DNA of 64,000 nucleotides from a phage, in the sequence record PZ386973.1; one strand, written 5' to 3'. Below the pieces are notes generated by a model. That model worked only from the letters and a program-made list of their open reading frames with translations, was not told the DNA's origin and ran no database searches. The translations under genes were made by a program, and so were the position numbers. This document shows, in pieces, positions 39,750-48,970 of the stretch (positions are counted from its first letter, which is position 1; every line of letters starts with the position of its first letter).

Positions 39750-40721
39750 TTAATCGTATACTCGCTCTACTATGCACGGGATTACACCACCAGCACGAAT
39801 CACTCGAATCTGGCAACCGATCTCTAGATCAAGAGAGTTAATATAATCAACGTTATTAAGAGTCGCTTTAACAATTGTAGCATCATCAATAATTACCGGT
39901 TCGAAATAACCAACTGGAGTTACTTTACCAGAAGCCCCTACCTGCCATTCAACTTTAGTAAGAGTTGTAATCTCGCCTTCTTCATCCTCTTTAATAGCGA
40001 ATGCTCCACGAGGGAATTTATTAGTCCAGCCTTCTCGGAAGAATTTGTTGTTGTCATTAATACGAACAACTTTACCGTCCGTCGGAATCCATTTAAAGAA
40101 GGAACGCACATTAACAACTGTTAAGAAGTTCTCATTCTCTAGCCAAAGCATATCTTTTAAATACGATTCTGTAATACCTACAGATTCAGTAGAGCACTGG
40201 ATACCGTATGCAACGAAGATTAAACCACCTTCCCCGATACGTTGTACGAAATCATCACTATCTTTGAGGTTAATAGCACCCGAGGCAAAGTTACGTTTAT
40301 TTTCTACTTCTTTTGTAATTAGAACTTCACCAGTGATTTGGGTTGGTACTTTTTGGGAAATCCTTTTAGGAATGTTCAGCAATCTTACGTTGCTTGTGAC
40401 ATCATTCCCTAGAATACCATTACCCCGAGTTAGTGCTTGAACAAATTCGCCATTAATATATAACAGAGAAATCGCACAACCATCTAACTTATCAGTTTCT
40501 ACCTGACCTAATGGGTTAAACGGAGGTTTATCTCCACGATTATAATAAACTTTCTGTAAAGAATACATACGATACAGATGTGGAATATCACCCTTAGGCC
40601 CGATCTCTTCTTCTAACGGAAATCTTTTAATCAGACGATCATATTCTTCGTCAGAGATTAAAGACATTCCCTGGTAATATGCTTCTTGGCAACGTTTAAT
40701 AAATTCTTTTACATTAGTCAT
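39750..40721 (-). CDS. NAD-dependent DNA ligase subunit A (adenylation domain)
   Basis: KLDGCAIS (KxDG adenylation motif), LTRGNG, OB-fold region; separate gene from subunit B as in split ligases. Confidence 0.85.
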   Translation of the reverse strand: MTNVKEFIKRCQEAYYQGMSLISDEEYDRLIKRFPLEEEIGPKGDIPHLYRMYSLQKVYYNRGDKPPFNPLGQVETDKLDGCAISLLYINGEFVQALTRGNGILGNDVTSNVRLLNIPKRISQKVPTQITGEVLITKEVENKRNFASGAINLKDSDDFVQRIGEGGLIFVAYGIQCSTESVGITESYLKDMLWLENENFLTVVNVRSFFKWIPTDGKVVRINDNNKFFREGWTNKFPRGAFAIKEDEEGEITTLTKVEWQVGASGKVTPVGYFEPVIIDDATIVKATLNNVDYINSLDLEIGCQIRVIRAGGVIPCIVERVYD

Positions 40722-40752
40722 TTATTTGTATCTCTCATTAATTTATATAAAT

Positions 40753-40781
40753 ATTATATAACAAAACTGAGTTGAAAGCAA
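40753..40781 (-). promoter_or_regulatory. T5-type early promoter upstream of ligase subunit A
   Basis: Minus strand TTGCTT - 17 bp - TATAAT. Confidence 0.6.
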
Positions 40782-40808
40782 ATACATTTATAAAGAAAAA
40801 GCCAAGAA

Positions 40809-41117
40809 CTAGGCATTCTTGGCTTTGAGTTCTTCAGCTCGTTTCTGTACTTCATGTAAAACCTCAGATTCGCTAAGAATCTGTGTAAACGCATAGAAAA
40901 GCTGTGATGTTGTTTCTAGAGTGTAAGGAAAAGAGAAGCCAGATTTCGTTGGAAACCATTCATCATTAATATCAAGAAGCCAGTAACGAATACCCATGTA
41001 TAGATTCCCACGAAATTCAGATACTGTTAATCTTACTTGTTCTCCCTCCTTCTCCCAAAGTATGATGGACTGGTCATCAACGTGTCCTTCATAGTTTTGA
41101 TTTACCTGTTCGCTCAT
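40809..41117 (-). CDS. PC4-like single-stranded DNA-binding protein
   Basis: 102 aa; RLTVSEFRGNLYMGIRYW matches PC4 core motif (VSEFKGKVLIDIREYW-like). Confidence 0.6.
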   Translation of the reverse strand: MSEQVNQNYEGHVDDQSIILWEKEGEQVRLTVSEFRGNLYMGIRYWLLDINDEWFPTKSGFSFPYTLETTSQLFYAFTQILSESEVLHEVQKRAEELKAKNA

Positions 41118-41135
41118 TTACATATCCCAAATACA

Positions 41136-41157
41136 CAAAAAGCCCCATATAGGGGCT
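41136..41157 (-). terminator. Hairpin with U-tract (minus strand) upstream of PC4-like gene; probably partial terminator
   Basis: Minus strand AGCCCC-UAUAU-GGGGCU followed by TTTTT. Confidence 0.45.
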
Positions 41158-41167
41158 AATTGGTTTC

Positions 41168-41464
41168 TTATCGGCCTACTGGAGAAGCACGATCTAACTC
41201 TGATTGGAGGCTAGTCACACGACGGACTTTCTCGACAGGAATAAAACGGAAGCTATCATTAGTACGAGAGAAGACAAGGATTTCATCATCTTTCGCTTTA
41301 CGAATACGTTCACGTTTAATACGCTCAGCCAGATATTTATCCTGGGCTGGATCAAATTCCATCGTACCCTGAAGGTACGTGGTTCCTTTCTGACGAAGTT
41401 TCTCGTAATGAAGATAAAACTCACCAAATTTTTCACATTGTGCGATAATTTCAGCTTTGGTCAT
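41168..41464 (-). CDS. Hypothetical protein
   Basis: 98-aa ORF with ATG start; operon context. Confidence 0.5.
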   Translation of the reverse strand: MTKAEIIAQCEKFGEFYLHYEKLRQKGTTYLQGTMEFDPAQDKYLAERIKRERIRKAKDDEILVFSRTNDSFRFIPVEKVRRVTSLQSELDRASPVGR

Positions 41465-41500
41465 AACTGTGTTCCTTTTGTTGGTGGATTTATCTAAAAA

Positions 41501-41911
41501 TTACTTAGTGATAGCTCGGATTGCTTCTGCCAGATGAGCAGCTGCTTTACCGGTCAGTTTGTCGATAATTGCATCATCCAGAAAATCTGGTGCTAAGCCA
41601 GCATCAGAGAATGCTGAACGAAGATCGGCGTGGGCTTGGGCTTTGGAAGTACGAGAACCACCAGAAGCTTTTTCTCCGGTAGACGCGCTAGATTTAGAAG
41701 CAGAGCCAGCAGCTTTCTTGATATACAAACCTGCTTTAGTTAGCTTCATACGAAAACCGTTCGGAGTTACACCATTTTCCTGGGCAATTTCGCTAACAAT
41801 TTCCATGCTAACACCCGGACGTTCATCTTCTGGGAATTTCTCCATACGAGCAACATATTCGGAAGACATTTTTTCGAACAGTTCATCAGTCCACTGAGTT
41901 GGAGTAGTCAT
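41501..41911 (-). CDS. Hypothetical protein with one helix-hairpin DNA-binding-like module
   Basis: 136 aa; module MEIVSEIAQENGVTPNGFRMKLTKAGLY resembles repeats in 38008..38775; promoter at 41969..41997. Confidence 0.5.
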   Translation of the reverse strand: MTTPTQWTDELFEKMSSEYVARMEKFPEDERPGVSMEIVSEIAQENGVTPNGFRMKLTKAGLYIKKAAGSASKSSASTGEKASGGSRTSKAQAHADLRSAFSDAGLAPDFLDDAIIDKLTGKAAAHLAEAIRAITK

Positions 41912-41968
41912 ATTTTATATTTCCTTAATTAAGAATTAAACAGAATAGTTCTTTCAAACTATGAGAAT

Positions 41969-41997
41969 ATTATATCAAGAATTATAGGATTAAGCAA
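41969..41997 (-). promoter_or_regulatory. T5-type early promoter
   Basis: Minus strand TTGCTT - 17 bp - TATAAT upstream of 41501..41911. Confidence 0.6.
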
Positions 41998-42017
41998 CTG
42001 AAATTTTTCGGTAATTG

Positions 42018-42278
42018 CTACACATCTAGCTCAACAATCTCCCAATCATCCGCTAGAGCTTCGTCTAGTGTTAATTCAACTTCTTCATCACTAGGCAGTA
42101 GTGTAGTATCTGAAGGCATCCACACATATTGGCGTACAGTATTGCTGTCTACGTCAAATTTCAATAGTACAGTATATTCTTTATTATTTTCCCAGCAATC
42201 TCGCTGGAGATATTTTACGTCTCCAGCTTTCAGCAAATCAGTTAGCTTACTCACGGCGTTTTCCTTTTTCTTTATCAA
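42018..42278 (-). CDS. Hypothetical acidic protein
   Basis: 86-aa ORF; start uncertain (TTG), overlaps upstream gene end. Confidence 0.4.
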   Translation of the reverse strand: MIKKKENAVSKLTDLLKAGDVKYLQRDCWENNKEYTVLLKFDVDSNTVRQYVWMPSDTTLLPSDEEVELTLDEALADDWEIVELDV

Positions 42279-42951
42279 GTTTCAGGGCAGCCTTAACAGC
42301 TTCGTTAATCAATGTAATAATTTCTTCACGAGTCCACTTGTACCCAAGGGATTTTACGTCAACCCCTAACTTTTCCAGGTGTTTAACAGAAGCCAGCTCA
42401 TAATTCATATAATGAACGTTCTGTTGTTTGCCTTCCGATAGAAGCCATACGCGGTAACAACCAACAGGGTTATCCATTGCTTTTTTGATTTCACCGATAC
42501 ACTGATATCCAGGAACCCAGACAAGTTCTCCAACCTCAAATTCTTCTGCTACAGCATCATCAGGAATAATTGGTGGATTCAATGGATCTACAATATCATT
42601 CAAACGAAGCAGAGCGCCATAGCGTTCCAGAACAGATTTAACCATTGCTACAGAGCGGTAATTACGATCGGCAATTTCTTCAAAAGAATCACCAGACAAA
42701 TACTGCTCAATAACGTTAGCTAACTCAATGCCTTCAATGAGAGTGCCGCGTTTCTTTTTCTTCATTTCGGCAACTTGAATCTGGCGGTCTTGCCATTCTT
42801 CAATCATCCTTTCCATAGTTGGATTGGACGATACGCCGAGCATTTCACATGCTGCTTTCTTGGTACCACCGTTCTCCAGATGCTCTATAACCTTTTTAAA
42901 GACTTCATCAGGGATTTCATGGATATGTTTCTTTCTGCGAGAACCAGCCAT
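42247..42951 (-). CDS. Helix-turn-helix DNA-binding protein (putative transcription regulator)
   Basis: 234 aa; HTH-like TKKAACEMLGVSSNPTMERMI; driven by P25-like promoter. Confidence 0.6.
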   Translation of the reverse strand: MAGSRRKKHIHEIPDEVFKKVIEHLENGGTKKAACEMLGVSSNPTMERMIEEWQDRQIQVAEMKKKKRGTLIEGIELANVIEQYLSGDSFEEIADRNYRSVAMVKSVLERYGALLRLNDIVDPLNPPIIPDDAVAEEFEVGELVWVPGYQCIGEIKKAMDNPVGCYRVWLLSEGKQQNVHYMNYELASVKHLEKLGVDVKSLGYKWTREEIITLINEAVKAALKLDKEKGKRRE

Positions 42952-42981
42952 ATTTAAACTCCTCTCTCAAATTTATGAATC

Positions 42982-43010
42982 TATTATACAGAAAAATTTT
43001 CCTGAAAGCA
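42982..43010 (-). promoter_or_regulatory. T5-type early promoter closely resembling the classical T5 P25 promoter
   Basis: Minus strand AAAAATTTATTTGCTTTCAGGAAAATTTTTCTGTATAATAGATTCATAAATTTGAGAGAGGAG matches my recollection of P25. Confidence 0.7.
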
Positions 43011-43019
43011 AATAAATTT

Positions 43020-43253
43020 TTACGATTCCTTGAGCAAAGAAGCAAGTTCAGCATAGACTTTATCTAACTCAAAGCCGATGCGAAGAGACACGTTTGTTTT
43101 CCGTTGTTTAAGTAACCACTCGGATATGTTAGGGATGCCAGCTAGTCTAGCAGGAACCACCCTACATAGCTTTTCCGAAGTGTCGTAAACAGGAACTTTA
43201 CGTTCTTTTACAGGGAACTTCCTTGTTTCCCATTTTTTATTCTTCACTGTCAT
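43020..43253 (-). CDS. Hypothetical protein
   Basis: 77 aa from ATG 43253; overlaps helicase gene 3' end. Confidence 0.45.
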   Translation of the reverse strand: MTVKNKKWETRKFPVKERKVPVYDTSEKLCRVVPARLAGIPNISEWLLKQRKTNVSLRIGFELDKVYAELASLLKES

Positions 43254-46026
43254 TTCTAGCACCTAGCTCTGCCATTGCTTCATCATGCATATGTTTTTCC
43301 TCATCAGTCATAAACTTATATGGAATTGGCATACACTCGATTTTACAATAGGTTCTGTACCAGTCTACAATATTTTCAGTGTTCATATCCTTACCAATAC
43401 CCATCATACCAAGATACATTCTCGCATATTTTGGGTTAGCACTCTGACCTGTTTTAAGGAAGAAATCTTTCTTCTTACCTTTCAGAGCTTCTATGAATGG
43501 TTTGATAGTGATATTTGAACACTTCTTAATATCCTCCCAGAACATCTCGTGCATCTTATGGAAGAATGCAGCTCGATCATTCGGTTTATCCTTGATATAT
43601 TGTTCGACATGCTCAACTGTTACATCTTTAATAGACTCAAGATGATAATAGCGAACAAGAAGTAGTTTAGCTTCATACGCATCTGCATGGCGTGGAGCAC
43701 AATAATCAGGAGTTGAATACAAAATAGCTTTGATTCGCTCTTCCGTATACTCTTTTCCTGCACCTTCGATAGTTCCCCAGCTTTCACTGAAAATATCAAT
43801 AGTTGCACCCTGATCAAGCAAGTAATAACGTAAAGTACTAGTATAGTTCCTAGACTCCAGCTCCCTACGACGTGTGTATAATTGCTGTGCTAACTCCAGC
43901 CAACCTTCATCAATGTTATATTGTTCAGAGCCTGCGGAGAATCCACTCGTAGATTTATCAATAAAATAATAAATGTTCTGAGCGCCACGGTCGCGCCTGA
44001 TTGCTTGAAAACGCATGTTTGGCGCTTGATTACTGGTTCTAGTAATAACGAATACGTTATCAAAATAGTTGAAGTCAACACCACTCGTTACGGATGGACT
44101 ACATAATAAGCAATCAATTTGTTGATCAATTAGCTCATTAGTTGTATAATCCAGGATACGTCGAATATCTACATCAGACGTAGAATTTGAGTGAATTTCC
44201 TTAACTAACGCACCCGTATTACGACGCAATGCCATGCCCTTCTCATTCAGTTCATCCGGTCCACAGTCAGATACTAGGATAGATTTCTCACCCATCTCTA
44301 GGGAAGTCTGAAGTGCAACCCAAATACTGGATTCATCAGGAAACTCATAAGCATGAGCTTTTGATAGCATTTTACGGTGATGATTATAAAATGCAACCGG
44401 TTTATCAAACTCAATCAAAGAACCATATGCTTCAATTGTTTCTGCACTAATATCCCCATCAGATAATATAATGATTTTTGCAGTTGCAAGAATATCCCGA
44501 AGAACCTGAATACATTCACGACGTTGTTTAACAACCGGGGCGAATAATAGGTCATTCATTACAGCATCACATTCATCGATAAAGATTGCATCAATTTGAC
44601 CAATAAAACTCTTGAACTTATGCAAAGAGTGAATAGTTGTGGACATACGGTCAATAGCACCACGCTTAAAATTAAGCATATCTACAGACTTATCATATTG
44701 TCCTGCACTAAATTTCTTAGCATTTGAAGATACCAGTGCTCGAGTATTGGTAATTGCTAAGAAATTACCATTAATAACTCCTGAATCTAACCAACGCACA
44801 ACCGCCGTAGTTTTACCTGTACCTAGACTTGCTTTTACAAAAGTCATATAACCTTCTGGTGGTACAGTATTTAATTTCAAGAAGTTATCAGTCTCTAAAG
44901 AGTTAGTTTCTAGCTTTTTAAGTGGAATACCTTTTAAAACATCCGGTATATCACGTTTAGAATTATTAACAAACGCTTTCAGAGCCTGTTTACGACCATT
45001 ATTAAAGTAGTCTTGAATATTACGACTATTATCTTTAGTTGCAATATATTCTGATAAGGCTGGACGAATTTCTTTTTCTAGCCATGCAAAATCAACACCA
45101 TCCTCTAAAGCCCTGTGATAGAGTTTAGGAATAATACGTAGATACACTCCATCCTCAGCTTCTTCTAGTTCGCTGATAGTTTCTTCTACTTTATCAGAGG
45201 CAGCTTTTTTACCCTTAATTTGGTCGAGTAAAGAGTAGAACTCTTCTTTAAACTCACCTCTAGTTGTTTCATAGTCAACCAGATTATTGGGTAAATTTAC
45301 TTTAGAACCCTTAACAAATACCAGACGTGAAGCACCCTCCGCTTTAAACGGATCTACTATACCATCAGTAAATAAAGGATCTGCAAAATAATGGAGCTGT
45401 ACGGAAGAGTAATAAGCTAAGTCGGCAATATCAAAGCCATACTTTTGTCTACTACTTTCGTTGATAGATGTAAATAAGAATTTGATTTGACCCTGAGTTA
45501 CTTTAACATTAGATTCTAGTATTAAGTGCATTCGGATACCTGGTTTTAGCCCAGCCGAAGACGATGCATGAGCGATAAACCCTGCATCAAGAGGAAACAT
45601 ATCCTCACTAATACTATTTAACATTCTAATAATATGTCGAGCCATGCCAACAAGATCAAACTTGTTACAACCACCTGTATCTACAATACCATCCACGTCC
45701 ATTGCAATTATATGGCTTGGATTAGATACATTAAAGTTGCCCTTCTTACGTCGCACATTATTTTTAGGTGCAAGACATCGACCTCGTACCGCAACGATAT
45801 GAGGGTCAGACGTTAAACGTCTCATAAGAGGAAGCATTTCTACTAGGGTTTGAGGATCAACTTCATCAATTACATCAAACTTGAAGGGCATTGAAGCTGG
45901 TTTACCTTCAGGATGCTTTGAGGAAAATCTTTTAGCAAAAAGATAATCTTCTGCTTTAACTTCTCGCCAATTGCCTGTGGCTAAATCGCGATGAAATCCT
46001 GCATGACCTTGTAGGATTGAGAACAC
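43237..46026 (-). CDS. UL9-like SF2 helicase / putative replication origin-binding protein
   Basis: Walker A ASLGTGKTTAV, Walker B IFIDECDAV; GTG start at 46026 preceded by AGGAG (track start 46104 is TTG). Confidence 0.72.
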   Translation of the reverse strand: MFSILQGHAGFHRDLATGNWREVKAEDYLFAKRFSSKHPEGKPASMPFKFDVIDEVDPQTLVEMLPLMRRLTSDPHIVAVRGRCLAPKNNVRRKKGNFNVSNPSHIIAMDVDGIVDTGGCNKFDLVGMARHIIRMLNSISEDMFPLDAGFIAHASSSAGLKPGIRMHLILESNVKVTQGQIKFLFTSINESSRQKYGFDIADLAYYSSVQLHYFADPLFTDGIVDPFKAEGASRLVFVKGSKVNLPNNLVDYETTRGEFKEEFYSLLDQIKGKKAASDKVEETISELEEAEDGVYLRIIPKLYHRALEDGVDFAWLEKEIRPALSEYIATKDNSRNIQDYFNNGRKQALKAFVNNSKRDIPDVLKGIPLKKLETNSLETDNFLKLNTVPPEGYMTFVKASLGTGKTTAVVRWLDSGVINGNFLAITNTRALVSSNAKKFSAGQYDKSVDMLNFKRGAIDRMSTTIHSLHKFKSFIGQIDAIFIDECDAVMNDLLFAPVVKQRRECIQVLRDILATAKIIILSDGDISAETIEAYGSLIEFDKPVAFYNHHRKMLSKAHAYEFPDESSIWVALQTSLEMGEKSILVSDCGPDELNEKGMALRRNTGALVKEIHSNSTSDVDIRRILDYTTNELIDQQIDCLLCSPSVTSGVDFNYFDNVFVITRTSNQAPNMRFQAIRRDRGAQNIYYFIDKSTSGFSAGSEQYNIDEGWLELAQQLYTRRRELESRNYTSTLRYYLLDQGATIDIFSESWGTIEGAGKEYTEERIKAILYSTPDYCAPRHADAYEAKLLLVRYYHLESIKDVTVEHVEQYIKDKPNDRAAFFHKMHEMFWEDIKKCSNITIKPFIEALKGKKKDFFLKTGQSANPKYARMYLGMMGIGKDMNTENIVDWYRTYCKIECMPIPYKFMTDEEKHMHDEAMAELGARNDSEE

Positions 46027-46526
46027 AACAATACTCCTGTGTTGGAAATGAAATAAGTTTTCTTTAGGACTATTCAGAAAGAATAGAACAACTGTTACTG
46101 TCAATTTCTCAACAAATTAATCGCAAATACTGAAGTGGGGTGGCAACTTCCACTTTCACGCTGCGCTGCTGCCTCATTATACCGCACAAATCCTTGAGGA
46201 TGGCCGCTAAGCCAGATTTGCTCACCTAATGCTTCATATACTAGCTCATACTAGATGCAATATAACTTACAGAATCACGTCTCGGTAGTTTTTCACTCCT
46301 CCCATCTCACTTCACAACCACCTCATACTAGGTTGCTTCGAGGCCTTACCAGGGTTCCTATGGGACGCAGATCGCTAAGTATTCTATTAACTATTTGTTT
46401 AAAAACTAACACGTAACAGTTAAAACAACCCTTAATGGGGCAGCCTAACTGTTCCGTATCGCGGATTGTAAACAAGAAAAATTAGCAAAATCAATTTTTA
46501 CTAATGTCTCTCAATTCAATATAAAT

Positions 46527-46555
46527 ATTATATCAAGATTTTGGGCATCCTGCAA
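46527..46555 (-). promoter_or_regulatory. T5-type early promoter with ~500-nt leader before UL9-like helicase gene
   Basis: Minus strand TTGCAG - 17 bp - TATAAT then ATTTATATTGAATTGAGAGAC. Confidence 0.55.
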
Positions 46556-46595
46556 GTAAAATTTTCCGGATGGTGCTATCATTGGTCTTGAGTAC

Positions 46596-46623
46596 GGATA
46601 AAACCGAGCCAAAATGACTCGGT
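46596..46623 (-). terminator. Intrinsic terminator (minus strand) after paralog pair
   Basis: Minus strand ACCGAG-loop-CTCGGT followed by TTTTAT. Confidence 0.55.
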
Positions 46624-46649
46624 AATCAGAGTTCAGCTAATAAAAATCA

Positions 46650-47039
46650 TTAGTCATTTAGGCCAGGAACATAGATCCCAACACGGTTTAATTGTTCTTT
46701 AGCTTCTTTAAGAATATCTGGAGTGTACTCCCAAACATCATCTTCCACCTGTAAAAGATGGGGCGAACAACCATCATCCGGCACACGACATATGGCCAGA
46801 CCACGTGGATGGAACAAAGAGAAATTTAGGGCAACAATCAAGCCCATAGCAGACAATTCATTCCAATCCAATTCCCATTCCCCGGCATATCCAGACAGGA
46901 AAACACCAATGCAGGGATCATCTATTTGCTGCTCCGGAAAAGTGAAGGAGGCTTGTCTTACCCCCAACCAACGTTGTAGTAGCTTCTCCGCACGTCTCAC
47001 CAAACTAGGGTCAATCTGACGCCAATATACTTGTTCCAT
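46650..47039 (-). CDS. Hypothetical protein, paralog of 47049..47477
   Basis: 129 aa; shares ELxxMGLxxALNxxLFxP and C-terminal Y(V/M)(I/V)PGL with the adjacent gene. Confidence 0.6.
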   Translation of the reverse strand: MEQVYWRQIDPSLVRRAEKLLQRWLGVRQASFTFPEQQIDDPCIGVFLSGYAGEWELDWNELSAMGLIVALNFSLFHPRGLAICRVPDDGCSPHLLQVEDDVWEYTPDILKEAKEQLNRVGIYVPGLND

Positions 47040-47048
47040 TCTGCCCCC

Positions 47049-47477
47049 TTAAGCAGTTAAACCTGGGATCATATACCCGAAACGTCGAAGTTTCTGAATC
47101 CCCTCATTTACTTCTTCCGGTGAGTAAGACCAACCATAACGTTCATTAACCTGAAAACCAGGGGATTCACTAGTCTTATAGTTAACAACGAGGCGATGCT
47201 TAGCAGGCATAAACAGCTTATAGTTTAACGCAAAAACTAAGCCCATTTCATCTAACTCTTTCCAGCCAACAATTTCTTCAAGACCCTCCTCTACCTGAAC
47301 AATTAAACCAATACAGAGGGCCTCATCAATATCATCTTTAAAAGCAAAGGAGATTTCGTTATTCTCACACCATATTTTCAAGGAATTAATAGCCTCATTA
47401 TACAGGCTAGCCGGGAGAGTACGCCAAAAGTTAACCAAAATTGGGTTAGCTTCTTTAGAGAATACATTATTGAACAT
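47049..47477 (-). CDS. Hypothetical protein, paralog of 46650..47039
   Basis: 142 aa; same motif pattern as neighbour. Confidence 0.6.
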   Translation of the reverse strand: MFNNVFSKEANPILVNFWRTLPASLYNEAINSLKIWCENNEISFAFKDDIDEALCIGLIVQVEEGLEEIVGWKELDEMGLVFALNYKLFMPAKHRLVVNYKTSESPGFQVNERYGWSYSPEEVNEGIQKLRRFGYMIPGLTA

Positions 47478-47479
47478 AC

Positions 47480-47986
47480 TTACACCTTAAATTGTTGTAA
47501 GGATTTACACATTTCAAGATCCGGGCTAAATTCTAGCATATAGCTAACAGCTTTTAAATCTTGAAGATTTATCCCAGTCCTACCGTTGACTATAACTGTT
47601 GGATACTGATACATCATAGCACCAGCATCATCAAGCACACACCAATGTTTGAGCTTATGCTTTTCAACGAAGCGAAGAACAGAATTACCCCTAGATAATC
47701 CACCACCAGTAAAATCCGTTGTACCAAGAAAACGATCGATAAGACCTAATCCGGTCATAATTCGAACGTTCTCCATTTCATTTTTAACAGAAAACCACGA
47801 AGATACCCCAACAATCATTATTGAAGAGGGACGAATAAAATCCTGAAAAGCCTTGAGAAGTGGCTTAAAAACCCAATCACTTCCGAAGAAGATCTTTTCA
47901 TCATCCGGCGCATGGTGGTGCGAGATGCTCGAATTGAGCACCCCATCAATATCTAGAAAAATAACTGGAGTATTACTTATTTCCAT
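47480..47986 (-). CDS. HAD-superfamily phosphatase-like protein
   Basis: N-terminal VIFLDIDGVLNS (hhhhDxDG(V/T) motif I); 168 aa. Confidence 0.65.
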   Translation of the reverse strand: MEISNTPVIFLDIDGVLNSSISHHHAPDDEKIFFGSDWVFKPLLKAFQDFIRPSSIMIVGVSSWFSVKNEMENVRIMTGLGLIDRFLGTTDFTGGGLSRGNSVLRFVEKHKLKHWCVLDDAGAMMYQYPTVIVNGRTGINLQDLKAVSYMLEFSPDLEMCKSLQQFKV

Positions 47987-48155
47987 TTTTGTTCCTTTCT
48001 AAGAACGTATCATACTCAACCGTATCAACATATATGACACCATAGTCATCGGATTTATAGTCCATTTCCCACAGCTCACAGCGATAACACCAACTACCAT
48101 CCGCCCATACAAATATATCATCGGGATGTGTATATACAGATTTAACTATAGACAT
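47973..48155 (-). CDS. Hypothetical small protein
   Basis: 60-aa ORF with ATG start, overlapping both neighbours in operon. Confidence 0.45.
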   Translation of the reverse strand: MSIVKSVYTHPDDIFVWADGSWCYRCELWEMDYKSDDYGVIYVDTVEYDTFLERNKNGNK

Positions 48156-48970
48156 ATTTGTTTCCCTGGCATATAAGGTCTACCCTCTAAATGAGCTTCC
48201 ACACGAGCAATAAAATCAGGATCACTGAAAGCATCTACCGCACCTTTACTCCAGTAAGGGACCCCACGTTCTTCCAGCTGGTACATCTCACTACGAGTCA
48301 TACCTTGATAGCCGGGCTCCGCTGCTAGAGCACTATCATAGTAGTTAACAACCATAAGTTTCGCAGCAGTCAAATTAAGAACAGGAAATAATTCCCAGTA
48401 GAAGTTAATTACTTGGTTAGAGCAACCAACTACAATAATCATATCTTGACTGGTAATACTGTCAAAAACATTATACATTTCTGCGTATGCAGGAGCATGC
48501 TCTCCAAAGAAGATTACATTAGGTTTAGCCCATTTATAATCATCCGGATCGATAGAACTGTATCCTACATCAATAATCCGTTTATTGCTACTATTGTATC
48601 TATCAGCTACAACAACCTCTTTTAAATATCCGTGAATGTGCAGAATGTCACTATGTGGAACGCCAGCACGCTCAATAAGGTCATCAACGTTGGTAGTCAA
48701 GTTTACTACTTGACCAGGGTATTGTTTATGCCATTCACCAATACGCAAATGCGCAAGATTGGGTTCGACAGTTTTTAGCTCTTCACGACGCTTGTTATAA
48801 AACATATGGGTTTTATGGTAAAAATTACCACGAAAGGCATGAATATTACATACTTCTTCTAGATCATAATCATCCCACAATGCTTTACCACTAGCAGTAT
48901 CAGTACGAAAAGCTCGTACACCACTTTCAACGCTCAAACCTGCACCGCTAATAATAATTACTCTACGCAT
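48146..48970 (-). CDS. Sir2-like (sirtuin family) NAD-dependent deacylase / ADP-ribosyltransferase-like protein
   Basis: GAGLSVESGVRAFR (cf. GAGISxESGIPxFR), TTNVDDL (cf. TQNIDxL), HG, PNVIFFGE, IVVGCS; no CxxC zinc ribbon evident. Confidence 0.75.
   Translation of the reverse strand: MRRVIIISGAGLSVESGVRAFRTDTASGKALWDDYDLEEVCNIHAFRGNFYHKTHMFYNKRREELKTVEPNLAHLRIGEWHKQYPGQVVNLTTNVDDLIERAGVPHSDILHIHGYLKEVVVADRYNSSNKRIIDVGYSSIDPDDYKWAKPNVIFFGEHAPAYAEMYNVFDSITSQDMIIVVGCSNQVINFYWELFPVLNLTAAKLMVVNYYDSALAAEPGYQGMTRSEMYQLEERGVPYWSKGAVDAFSDPDFIARVEAHLEGRPYMPGKQICL

Noticed and set aside
41160-41497. Plus-strand ORFs (70 and 97 aa) overlapping minus-strand gene 41168..41464
   Set aside because: Region is transcribed from minus-strand promoters; plus-strand ORFs have no RBS or promoter
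43285-45816. Several 60-77 aa ORFs on both strands within the UL9-like helicase gene
   Set aside because: Nested or antisense within a 930-aa gene with clear Walker motifs
46105-46526. Short ORFs (12-26 codons) in the long leader
   Set aside because: None has a Shine-Dalgarno sequence at appropriate spacing; treated as non-coding
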